A DNA stretch of 12,485 bases. Source: Fidelibacterota bacterium. GTDB lineage: Bacteria > Fidelibacterota > Marinisomatia > Marinisomatales > TCS55. Shown piece by piece: positions 1-7,647 of the stretch. The position numbers were made by a program, and so were the translations under genes. The stretch is from NCBI GenBank assembly GCA_046861385.1, contig JBHHTW010000048.1, positions 1 to 12,485 of the forward strand. Direction: 5' to 3'. Every line of letters starts with the position of its first letter. Position 1 is the stretch's first letter. Under the pieces are notes generated by a model. The model did no database searches. It worked only from the letters and a program-made list of their open reading frames with translations, and was not told where the DNA came from.

Positions 1-7
1 CTTATCC

Positions 8-49
8 CCAATTACCCATAACCAGTTACCATTCACCAGTAACCAATAA
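8..49. repeat. Six tandem degenerate 7-bp units, consensus CCANTWA
   Basis: Units read directly: ccaatta(8-14), cccataa, ccagtta, ccattca, ccagtaa, ccaataa(43-49). The array abuts the 3' end of the tRNA and may extend beyond the window edge. Confidence 0.7.
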
Positions 50-50
50 G

Positions 51-125
51 GGTGAGCGATGGGACTTGAACCCACGGCCTCCTGGGCCACAACCAGGTGC
101 TCTAACCAGCTGAGCTACGCCCACC
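51..125 (-). tRNA. tRNA-His (anticodon GUG)
   Basis: Reverse complement is G-GTGGGCG TAGCTCAGCTGGTTAGAGC A CCTGG TTGTGGC CCAGG AGGCC GTGGG TTCAAGT CCCAT CGCTCAC C. This gives a full cloverleaf, a GTG anticodon, and the encoded G-1 (125) and C73 (51) His identity elements. CCA is not encoded (followed by CTT). Confidence 0.97.
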
Positions 126-158
126 ATATTCTTTCATTTTCCCCAAATAAAGCGGGCG

Positions 159-187
159 AAATTACTGGCGATTATTGACTCCTCCAA
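159..187 (-). promoter_or_regulatory. Putative sigma70 promoter of tRNA-His
   Basis: Minus strand TTGGAG(187-182)-N17-TAATTT(164-159), followed by a GC-rich discriminator CGCCCGC as is typical for stable-RNA promoters. Confidence 0.5.
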
Positions 188-235
188 ATGCTATTCACAC
201 AGGCATTATTCATATGAACTTCCGTAAGTTTACCC

Positions 236-1612
236 ATGCGACTTTTACCCCGCTACATAGCCAGAGAGCTCATAATGCCTTTTGTGTATTCATTGTTGAT
301 GATCGTATTTATACTTTTTATCAATTTTTTCCTGCGCGCCATCGATCGCTTCCTGGGGAAAGGGCTTGATTTAAGAACGATACTGGAATATCTCTTTCTT
401 AATTTAGCATGGATTGTTGCATTGGCAGTTCCTATGGCCATCCTCATTTCAACTTTAATGACGTTTGGACGCTTATCTGAAGATAATGAAATCAATGCCC
501 TTCGATCTTCAGGAATCAGTTATTTAACCATCCTTCTTCCCGCTATACTTTTTGGAACCATTGTGTGTGCCTTATTAATCATCTTTAACACAAGTATCCT
601 GCCAGAAATGAATTTTAACGCACGACTGCTTGCAGGAGACATACGTAAAATGCGCCCCGGATTAGATATTGAGCCCGGACATTTTATCGACAATATTCCC
701 GATTATTCTATGATCATTCGCGGTAAAAATGGTGAGTTGATGGAGGATGTACGCATTTTTAGTAAAGAGAGAAAAAAAATACAGACAAGTATTTATTCTG
801 AAACGGGAAAACTCTCCATGATTGATGATGCTATAATTCTCACACTTTTCGATGGAGAAATTCATGAGTTGGATTTTGAAAATTATAATAATTATCGTCG
901 CATTAGTTTTGATAAACATGTGATTGCTATCCCTGCAGATGATCTGTTATTGAACCGGCGGGATACGGCCAACCGATCCGATAGAGAAATGACATTAGAT
1001 ATCATGTTTGAAAAACGAAATAAATATGAAGAGCGAAAACGTCGGGTGGAAAAAAGATTAAATACATCCATCAAAAAAGTACTTGGTCAGGATATTTATC
1101 CTGAAACATATATTCAAACTAAAAAACTACTAAATGTTTTTAAAGAACAGCTCAAACTAGATACCACTCTTACTGCTGCACAATTTAAATTAAAAGAACG
1201 GCGAGTGCGAAGTTTGGAGCGACAAGGAAAAAATGAATTTCGGTTAATAGAAACGTATAAACGGAATTGGAATAAGTATTCTGTAGAAATACATAAGAAA
1301 TTCTCCCTTCCAGTTGCTTGTATATTATTTGTTTTGGTTGGTGCGCCTCTAGGAACCCTATCAAAACGGGGTGGTTTTACAGTTGCAATTACACTGGGAT
1401 TCGGATTTTTTCTTATCTATTATATTTTTCTTATTGGCGGCGAAGAAATTGCCGATCGTAACTATGTCTCTCCTCTTGTTGGCATGTGGGCACCCAATGT
1501 GCTCCTTCTGATATTTGGATGGTATCTTACCCTGCACGCTGTTAGAGAAAGAGCCCCATTTACACTTAAATTCCCATGGACTAAGAAAGAAGATAGTGAT
1601 GATACCGAGTGA
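236..1612 (+). CDS. lptF: LPS export ABC transporter permease, LptF/LptG family (LptF-like)
   Basis: N-terminal 'RYIARELIMPF', three TM helices, the motif 'TFGRLSEDNEINALRSSGIS', a periplasmic beta-rich region, then 'EIHKKFSLPVACILFVLVGAPLG' and C-terminal 'GMWAPN'. Distinguishing LptF from LptG is less certain. Confidence 0.88.
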   Translation: MRLLPRYIARELIMPFVYSLLMIVFILFINFFLRAIDRFLGKGLDLRTILEYLFLNLAWIVALAVPMAILISTLMTFGRLSEDNEINALRSSGISYLTILLPAILFGTIVCALLIIFNTSILPEMNFNARLLAGDIRKMRPGLDIEPGHFIDNIPDYSMIIRGKNGELMEDVRIFSKERKKIQTSIYSETGKLSMIDDAIILTLFDGEIHELDFENYNNYRRISFDKHVIAIPADDLLLNRRDTANRSDREMTLDIMFEKRNKYEERKRRVEKRLNTSIKKVLGQDIYPETYIQTKKLLNVFKEQLKLDTTLTAAQFKLKERRVRSLERQGKNEFRLIETYKRNWNKYSVEIHKKFSLPVACILFVLVGAPLGTLSKRGGFTVAITLGFGFFLIYYIFLIGGEEIADRNYVSPLVGMWAPNVLLLIFGWYLTLHAVRERAPFTLKFPWTKKEDSDDTE

Positions 1613-2876
1613 GATAATTACTGCTAAAACCCAAGGAAAATCCATACCGGAAAATGATCTTTATGAATTCATAAGCGGATATGTAGAGGGCAGTATTGAT
1701 AATCCAACCATGACTGGATTACTCAGAGCCATTTTTGACCAAGGTATGTCCAATGAGGAAATTTATACCATGGTGGATATCATGATTCATTCAGGAGAAC
1801 AGATGAATTTTGAGCATGTCAGTGGTTATGTATGTGATAAACACAGTATCGGCGGTGTGGGCGACAAAACATCTTTGGTCATTGCTCCCTTGTTAGCCAG
1901 CGCTGGTTTGGTTTTACCTATGATAGCCGGTCGCAGTTTGGGTCACACCGGCGGCACCCTGGATAAACTGGAAACCATTCCAGGATTTAGCGCAGATATT
2001 CCTCTGGATGAATTTCAAAAACAGGTACGGGAAAATGGGTGTGGAATTATGGCCCAAACCAGTGAAATTTGCCCGGCAGACGGAAAAATTTACGCGCTTA
2101 GAGATGTGACTGGGACGGTCGCATCTATCCCCCTGATTGTCAGTTCAATTATGAGTAAAAAGATTGCTGAAGGAATCAAAGGCTTGGTTCTGGATATCAA
2201 AGTTGGCAGTGGTGCATTTCTACCAACGCTTGATAAAGCAACCGAATTGGCAGAAATGCTGAAAAATGTGGGGGAATATTTTGGAGTAACAACTGATTTA
2301 GTTTATACCAATATGGATCAACCGCTAGGGACATACGCAGGAATGTGGTGCGAAGTACAAGAAAGTATGGAATGCCTGCAGGGAAACGGTCCGAGTGATA
2401 CAATAGCAGTTTGTTTGAAATTGGCATCAAAACTCATGATCCAATCCGGAAAAGCAAAAGATGAAACTCATTCAAATGATATATTGAATGGACTCATTGA
2501 AGACGGAACTGCCTATGAAAAGTTTGAAGAAATTGTGATAGCACAGGGAGGTAATTTAAATAACATCCAAAATAAACCGAATTTTCTAATTGAAGTACCT
2601 GCGAAAGAAGATGGAATTATCCAATCTATGAATACAACACAGATCGGCTGGGGACTTGTAGATATGGGGTGTGGACGGAAGCATCAGAACGATATTTTAG
2701 ACCCATCCGCCGGTTTAGAATGTCATCGAAAAATAGGTGATGCAGTACAAGCAGGCGAAAAACTCTTCACTTGTTTTTGTCATGATGAAAATAAACTAAA
2801 ATCCGGTGTAAAAAAAATCTCAGATGCAATCACCATTGGATATGATCAGGTAAATCTTCCATTATTTTATCATTAA
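1599..2876 (+). CDS. pdp: Pyrimidine-nucleoside/thymidine phosphorylase (Pdp/DeoA family)
   Basis: Motifs DKHSxGGVGDK, LGHTGGTLDKLE, IYALRDVTGTV, SIMSKK, LDIKVGSGAF and MDQPLG. Start moved from 1515 to ATG 1599 (MIPSEII, matching the family N-terminus), which overlaps the lptF end by 14 nt. Confidence 0.9.
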   Translation: MIPSEIITAKTQGKSIPENDLYEFISGYVEGSIDNPTMTGLLRAIFDQGMSNEEIYTMVDIMIHSGEQMNFEHVSGYVCDKHSIGGVGDKTSLVIAPLLASAGLVLPMIAGRSLGHTGGTLDKLETIPGFSADIPLDEFQKQVRENGCGIMAQTSEICPADGKIYALRDVTGTVASIPLIVSSIMSKKIAEGIKGLVLDIKVGSGAFLPTLDKATELAEMLKNVGEYFGVTTDLVYTNMDQPLGTYAGMWCEVQESMECLQGNGPSDTIAVCLKLASKLMIQSGKAKDETHSNDILNGLIEDGTAYEKFEEIVIAQGGNLNNIQNKPNFLIEVPAKEDGIIQSMNTTQIGWGLVDMGCGRKHQNDILDPSAGLECHRKIGDAVQAGEKLFTCFCHDENKLKSGVKKISDAITIGYDQVNLPLFYH

Positions 2877-2881
2877 GAGAT

Positions 2882-2977
2882 TTAATCCGCAGAACAGGGA
2901 TTTCTCTTTTCGATAATGTAATCTGTTTCCCGAAGTTTTCTTGTACACCGAAGAGCCATTCCGCCAAAATTGTTCAT
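2882..2977 (-). CDS. Possible 31-aa small protein MNNFGGMALRCTRKLRETDYIIEKRNPCSAD
   Basis: ATG at 2977-2975 preceded by AAAGGAGAGTCTC (strong Shine-Dalgarno); TAA at 2884-2882. No homology recognised. Confidence 0.35.
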   Translation of the reverse strand: MNNFGGMALRCTRKLRETDYIIEKRNPCSAD

Positions 2978-3025
2978 GAGACTCTCCTTTAGCGAGGTTG
3001 AAGAGCAAAGAAAAACCATTGCGGA
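2886..3025 (-). ncRNA. Candidate structured RNA (end-to-end closing stem plus internal hairpin)
   Basis: TCCGCA/TGCGGA terminal pairing, an 11-bp GGTTTTTCTTT/AAAGAGAAATC helix and an 8-bp GGAGAGTC/GGCTCTTC helix. G-U pairs favour the minus strand. Putative upstream promoter TTGTGT-N18-TATATT (3058-3029). Confidence 0.35.
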
Positions 3026-3034
3026 GCTAATATA

Positions 3035-5146
3035 CTAATTTCTATGAACTGAACACAATTTTGTTGGTTCTGTTCCAGATATAAACACTTCCGTTTCCAC
3101 AGGGCATAAACCAGTTGGTTTATTTTTTGTGACTTGGCATATTTTCATTTCAATTATACGTTCAGGCCGTTCAAACTCATTCCTTTTATAATCAAGAGTA
3201 TCATGGCTATCGCGCATAAACCGTGCCCATGCCGGAAGCGCTGCACGACTCCCGTCTGATCCCTTTCCCAGACTCACCTGAGGATCATCTACCCCAAACC
3301 AAACTCCCGCAGCAATATTGGGTGAAAAACCAACAAACCAAGCATCCGTCCATCCTTGGGTTGTACCTGTTTTCCCGGCGGCAGGATGGTAAAAATGATA
3401 TTTCCAACGGGCAGATCCACCCGTACCCCGATCCAAAACTGTTTGTAATAAACTCGTCATCATATAGGCTGTTTCAGCGCTTAAGACTTCTTCTTGATGG
3501 GGTGAGTATTCCCGAATTACATTCCCAAATTTATCTTCGATTCGTGTGATTCCAAATGGAGTAGAATACACACCTTTATTGGCAAACGTCGCATAAGCTG
3601 ACACTATTTCCAATAAATGGACTTCTGATGTTCCAAGTGCGATGGCGTCAACCGCGCGTATATCCGTTGAAATACCCATTCTGCGTGCTGTTTGTTTTAC
3701 TGCTTCAGCCGGAACGATTTCCTGCACCATTCTGACAGATATTAAATTCAATGACCGGCGCAATCCTTCCCGAATAGTTGTTAACCCCCCTGAGCTTCCG
3801 TCATAGTTTTGAGGCATCCACTTCACCCACACACCATCCGCATTCCTCACATTCAAAACAACAGGTTGATTCAATAACTGCCTCGTTACCGGTACTCCGT
3901 TATCTATTGCTGTTGTATAAACAAATGGTTTAAACACGGATCCCGGTTGCCGCAACGATTGGGTTGCGCGGTTAAATTGATCAGTATAATCAGGTCGGCC
4001 TCCCACTAATGCCAGGATCTCCCCTGTGCGGGTGTCCAAAGCAATAAATGCAGTTTGGACTAATAATTTATCCCGGAGGTCTTCATAGAGCGCCATCTCC
4101 TGCTCCATCATCATTTTGACAGTATCTTCAGGATAAATACTTAAGTAGGCTAATTTGGAAAATTCTTCCTCATTTCTAAATAAGCGCTGATTTAATCTTT
4201 CCTGATTATCTATAACGGATTTGAAAACGGCATCTTCCGCTATCCTTTGCAACCTGGAATCCAAGGTGGTATAAATCTTCAGACCATCCCGGTAAATATT
4301 TACACCTAGATTATCATCTTCCTGTTCCATAAAACGACGAATATATTCTGTAAAATAAGGCGCCGTTCCCTGCGATTGTTCCTGCAAAATATAGTCCAAT
4401 AACCGTGACCGGGCTTCGGTATATTCTCCCTGGGTGATGTATCCCTGATCCCGCATAACCCGAAGAACCACATTCCGTTTAGTGAGCGCCCTATCCGGAT
4501 GACGTATTGGTGAATATCGAGCCGGCGCCGGCAATAAGCCGACCAGTAATGCACATTCATCTAATAATAATTCATTTGCCTGCTTACCAAAAAACCGTTT
4601 TGCTGCTGCTTGTACGCCATAGGTTCCATGTCCAAAATGAACACTATTCAAATACATCTCCAGTATTTCATCTTTGGTATATGTTCGTTCAATCAGGATG
4701 GCTGTAATGACTTCTTTGATTTTCCTTGTAATGGTTTTTTTGAAACCGATATTATCGTAAAGATTTCGTGCCAATTGTTGAGTGAGTGAACTAAACCCTG
4801 AGCTGTAACTCATGGTAATTGTATTAATGATTATTGCCCTGAAGACATCCCGGAGAGAAATACCCCAATGGCTATAAAATCGTTGATCTTCTTTCGCAAT
4901 GACTGCGTAGCGCATATACATGGGAATCTGATCTAATTCCACAAATACACGTTTTTCGTAATAAAGTTCATTTAACAGTGTACCATCGGCAGAATAAATA
5001 CGTGTGACCAGATCAGGATCATAATTTTCCAACTGCTCAATTGAAGGTAGATCAACGGACAAGTAAAAAATATAAGCCAGAATTAATATCATTCCCGTAA
5101 AAATGATATAAATACAGTGTTTAACGATGCGTACCCAGGATTTCAT
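3035..5146 (-). CDS. mrcA: Class A penicillin-binding protein (PBP1A family, transglycosylase/transpeptidase)
   Basis: N-terminal TM anchor; GT51 motifs EDQRFYSHWG, SSLTQQLARN, RKIKE and KDEILEMYLN; transpeptidase SxxK (PGSVFK), SxN (SLN) and KTG (GKTGT). Confidence 0.93.
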   Translation of the reverse strand: MKSWVRIVKHCIYIIFTGMILILAYIFYLSVDLPSIEQLENYDPDLVTRIYSADGTLLNELYYEKRVFVELDQIPMYMRYAVIAKEDQRFYSHWGISLRDVFRAIIINTITMSYSSGFSSLTQQLARNLYDNIGFKKTITRKIKEVITAILIERTYTKDEILEMYLNSVHFGHGTYGVQAAAKRFFGKQANELLLDECALLVGLLPAPARYSPIRHPDRALTKRNVVLRVMRDQGYITQGEYTEARSRLLDYILQEQSQGTAPYFTEYIRRFMEQEDDNLGVNIYRDGLKIYTTLDSRLQRIAEDAVFKSVIDNQERLNQRLFRNEEEFSKLAYLSIYPEDTVKMMMEQEMALYEDLRDKLLVQTAFIALDTRTGEILALVGGRPDYTDQFNRATQSLRQPGSVFKPFVYTTAIDNGVPVTRQLLNQPVVLNVRNADGVWVKWMPQNYDGSSGGLTTIREGLRRSLNLISVRMVQEIVPAEAVKQTARRMGISTDIRAVDAIALGTSEVHLLEIVSAYATFANKGVYSTPFGITRIEDKFGNVIREYSPHQEEVLSAETAYMMTSLLQTVLDRGTGGSARWKYHFYHPAAGKTGTTQGWTDAWFVGFSPNIAAGVWFGVDDPQVSLGKGSDGSRAALPAWARFMRDSHDTLDYKRNEFERPERIIEMKICQVTKNKPTGLCPVETEVFISGTEPTKLCSVHRN

Positions 5147-5223
5147 GGGGATGAATTTAGTGATGGATTAGAAAACGTAATTGAGGAATTGAACGGTGTC
5201 GGAAAAAAACTGTTCCAATCTGA

Positions 5224-6621
5224 TCAGTTTATTTTTTTCGGTGATAGCATCATTTCAGGTTTTACTAATCTATCAAAATCCTCTCCACTCATATAATCCA
5301 ATTCAATGATTGCTTCCCGGAGTGTTTTATTTTCTTTGTGTGCTTTTTTTGCCACTTTTGCAGCCTTGTCATATCCAATATGAGGATTCAGCGCCGTCAC
5401 CAACATAAGAGAATTATGCAGGTTTTTATGAATACGATCCTCATTGGCTGCAATACCTTCTACACAATTATCTGCAAAGGAAACCGCTACATCTGCCAGT
5501 AATCGAATAGATTGCAGAATATTAAAAGCCAATACAGGGCGATATACATTCAATTCAAAATTCCCTGAAGCGCCGGCCATGGTAATGGTTACATCATTCC
5601 CGATCACTTGCGTGCATACCATAGTCACAGCTTCCGCCTGTGTGGGATTAACTTTGCCCGGCATAATGGAACTGCCCGGTTCATTCGTCGGCAAAATAAT
5701 CTCACCAATTCCCGACCGGGGTCCGCTTCCCAGCCAACGAATATCGTTGGCAATTTTATTCATGGAAGCTGCAACTGTTTTTAACGCCGAGGATAATTCA
5801 ACGATACTATCTTGAGCGCCTAATGCTTCAAATTTATTCGGGGCAGTTATAAATGGAAGTCCGGTAAGTTTTGCAATTTCGTTCGCTGAAGCATCTGAAA
5901 ATCCTTCTACTGAATTGATCCCCGTTCCGACAGCCGTACCTCCCATAGCGAGTTCATAGCAGTGGTTTAAGGCATTTTTTATACGTATAATTCCGTGTTC
6001 AACTTGAGAAGCATAACCGGAAAATTCCTGACCTAAACTTAGTGGTGTGGCGTCTTGCAAATGGGTGCGTCCGAGCTTAACAATGTTTTTAAATTTTTCA
6101 CTTTTTTTAACCAATGAATTTTGGAGATTTTCCAGTGCCGGAATTAATTGGTGGGTGGTGGATTCCACTGCTGCAATATTAATTGTTGACGGAAAAGTAT
6201 CATTAGTAGACTGGGACATATTTACATGATCGTTGGGATGAACAGGATCTTTACTCCCAAGTTTACCTCCCATCATTTCAATAGCCCGGTTGGCAATGAC
6301 CTCATTCACATTCATATTTGTTTGAGTACCGGAACCGGTTTGCCAAACCACTAAGGGGAAGTGGTCATCAAGTTTTCCTTCAATCACTTCATCTGCTGCT
6401 GCTCTAATAATATTAGCCAATTTTGAATCAAGGGTGCCAAAAGATTCATTCACAGTAGCGGCAGCTTTTTTTAAAATTCCGTATGCGCGAATAAAATCTC
6501 TGGGAAAATGTTCAGAGCCAATTTTGAAATTTTGAAGTGATCGCTGTGTTTGGGCTCCCCAATATTTATCATTTGATACTTCTATTGAGCCGATACTATC
6601 TATTTCAGTGCGAACGGACAT
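5224..6621 (-). CDS. fumC: Class II fumarate hydratase
   Basis: [46 protein letters not shown], and the signature [11 protein letters not shown]. Confidence 0.97.
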   Translation of the reverse strand: MSVRTEIDSIGSIEVSNDKYWGAQTQRSLQNFKIGSEHFPRDFIRAYGILKKAAATVNESFGTLDSKLANIIRAAADEVIEGKLDDHFPLVVWQTGSGTQTNMNVNEVIANRAIEMMGGKLGSKDPVHPNDHVNMSQSTNDTFPSTINIAAVESTTHQLIPALENLQNSLVKKSEKFKNIVKLGRTHLQDATPLSLGQEFSGYASQVEHGIIRIKNALNHCYELAMGGTAVGTGINSVEGFSDASANEIAKLTGLPFITAPNKFEALGAQDSIVELSSALKTVAASMNKIANDIRWLGSGPRSGIGEIILPTNEPGSSIMPGKVNPTQAEAVTMVCTQVIGNDVTITMAGASGNFELNVYRPVLAFNILQSIRLLADVAVSFADNCVEGIAANEDRIHKNLHNSLMLVTALNPHIGYDKAAKVAKKAHKENKTLREAIIELDYMSGEDFDRLVKPEMMLSPKKIN

Positions 6622-7647
6622 TTATTCTACCTCCCAGGTGTCTCCTGAAGAAAGCAATTCCTGGACAGATCCCCTGCCCCTTAATGAAAGTGCCTGATCA
6701 ATCTGTTTAGTAACCAAATCATCATATTTTGGAGCATCTACAGCGTAAAGCACACCGATAGGGTCGGGAAATTTATCTTGATATGTAAAATTCGCAAGCA
6801 TTGATGCAATAACATAATCGTTTTCATTATGAACCAAAACGTCGTCCACAGAGTATTCTCCATTCAAATCGATAATTTCCGGTACATATCCCACCAATCG
6901 TATTCCTTTTTTCCTGTCCGCGCCAAATAACAAGGGTTTACCATTTTCAAGCCAAAGAACTTTATCCATTTTTGTTGTTTTATCTGTCATCGGTGCATAA
7001 GCCCCGTCATTAAATATCAAACAGTTTTGATAAATTTCTAAAAAGGAGGTACCTTTATGTTCATAAGATCTTTCGAGCATTAACTGCAAATGTTTTGTTT
7101 CTCGATCAATGGTCCGGGCGACAAATGTTGCATCAGCGCCTAATGCAAGTGATACAGGATTAAACGGTCTGTCAAGGGATCCAAAAGGTGTTGATTTTGT
7201 TATTTTCCCCACTTCAGATGTCGGAGAATACTGACCTTTGGTTAATCCATAAATACGGTTATTAAATAGCATAACATTAATATCCAAATTGCGGCGCAAC
7301 AAATGAATGGTATGATTCCCTCCAATGGATAATCCGTCTCCATCCCCGGTCACAACCCAAACAGACAGTTCAGGATTTGCAATTTTAACACCGGAGGCGA
7401 TGGCGGCTGCACGGCCATGAATTGTATGAAAACCAAATGTGTTCATATAATATGGGAATCGGCTTGAGCAGCCTATACCGGAAATAAATACAATATTTTC
7501 TCTATTAATATTAAGATCGGGAAATACTTTTTGCGTCCGCGATAAGATTGCGTAATCTCCGCAACCTGGACACCAGCGTACTGCCTGGTCCGATGCAAAA
7601 TCCATTCGTGAATATTTTCTCGATTCTATCGTTTTCGCTTCAGCCAT
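6622..7647 (-). CDS. korB: 2-oxoacid (2-oxoglutarate):ferredoxin oxidoreductase beta subunit
   Basis: WCPGCGD, SGIGCSSR, and the TPP-binding GDGD...NN-IYGLTKGQ motif. The start overlaps the alpha-subunit stop (TAATG). Confidence 0.93.
   Translation of the reverse strand: MAEAKTIESRKYSRMDFASDQAVRWCPGCGDYAILSRTQKVFPDLNINRENIVFISGIGCSSRFPYYMNTFGFHTIHGRAAAIASGVKIANPELSVWVVTGDGDGLSIGGNHTIHLLRRNLDINVMLFNNRIYGLTKGQYSPTSEVGKITKSTPFGSLDRPFNPVSLALGADATFVARTIDRETKHLQLMLERSYEHKGTSFLEIYQNCLIFNDGAYAPMTDKTTKMDKVLWLENGKPLLFGADRKKGIRLVGYVPEIIDLNGEYSVDDVLVHNENDYVIASMLANFTYQDKFPDPIGVLYAVDAPKYDDLVTKQIDQALSLRGRGSVQELLSSGDTWEVE

Noticed and set aside
51-125. tRNA as tRNA-Sec given the nearby selD
   Set aside because: The anticodon is GUG with a short variable loop and His identity elements, not UCA with a long variable arm.
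1515-1598. 28-aa N-terminal extension of the phosphorylase
   Set aside because: It lies inside lptF, and family similarity begins at Met 1599.
5188-5219. Possible terminator hairpin between fumC and the PBP gene
   Set aside because: The stem is imperfect with a large loop and no properly placed U-tract.
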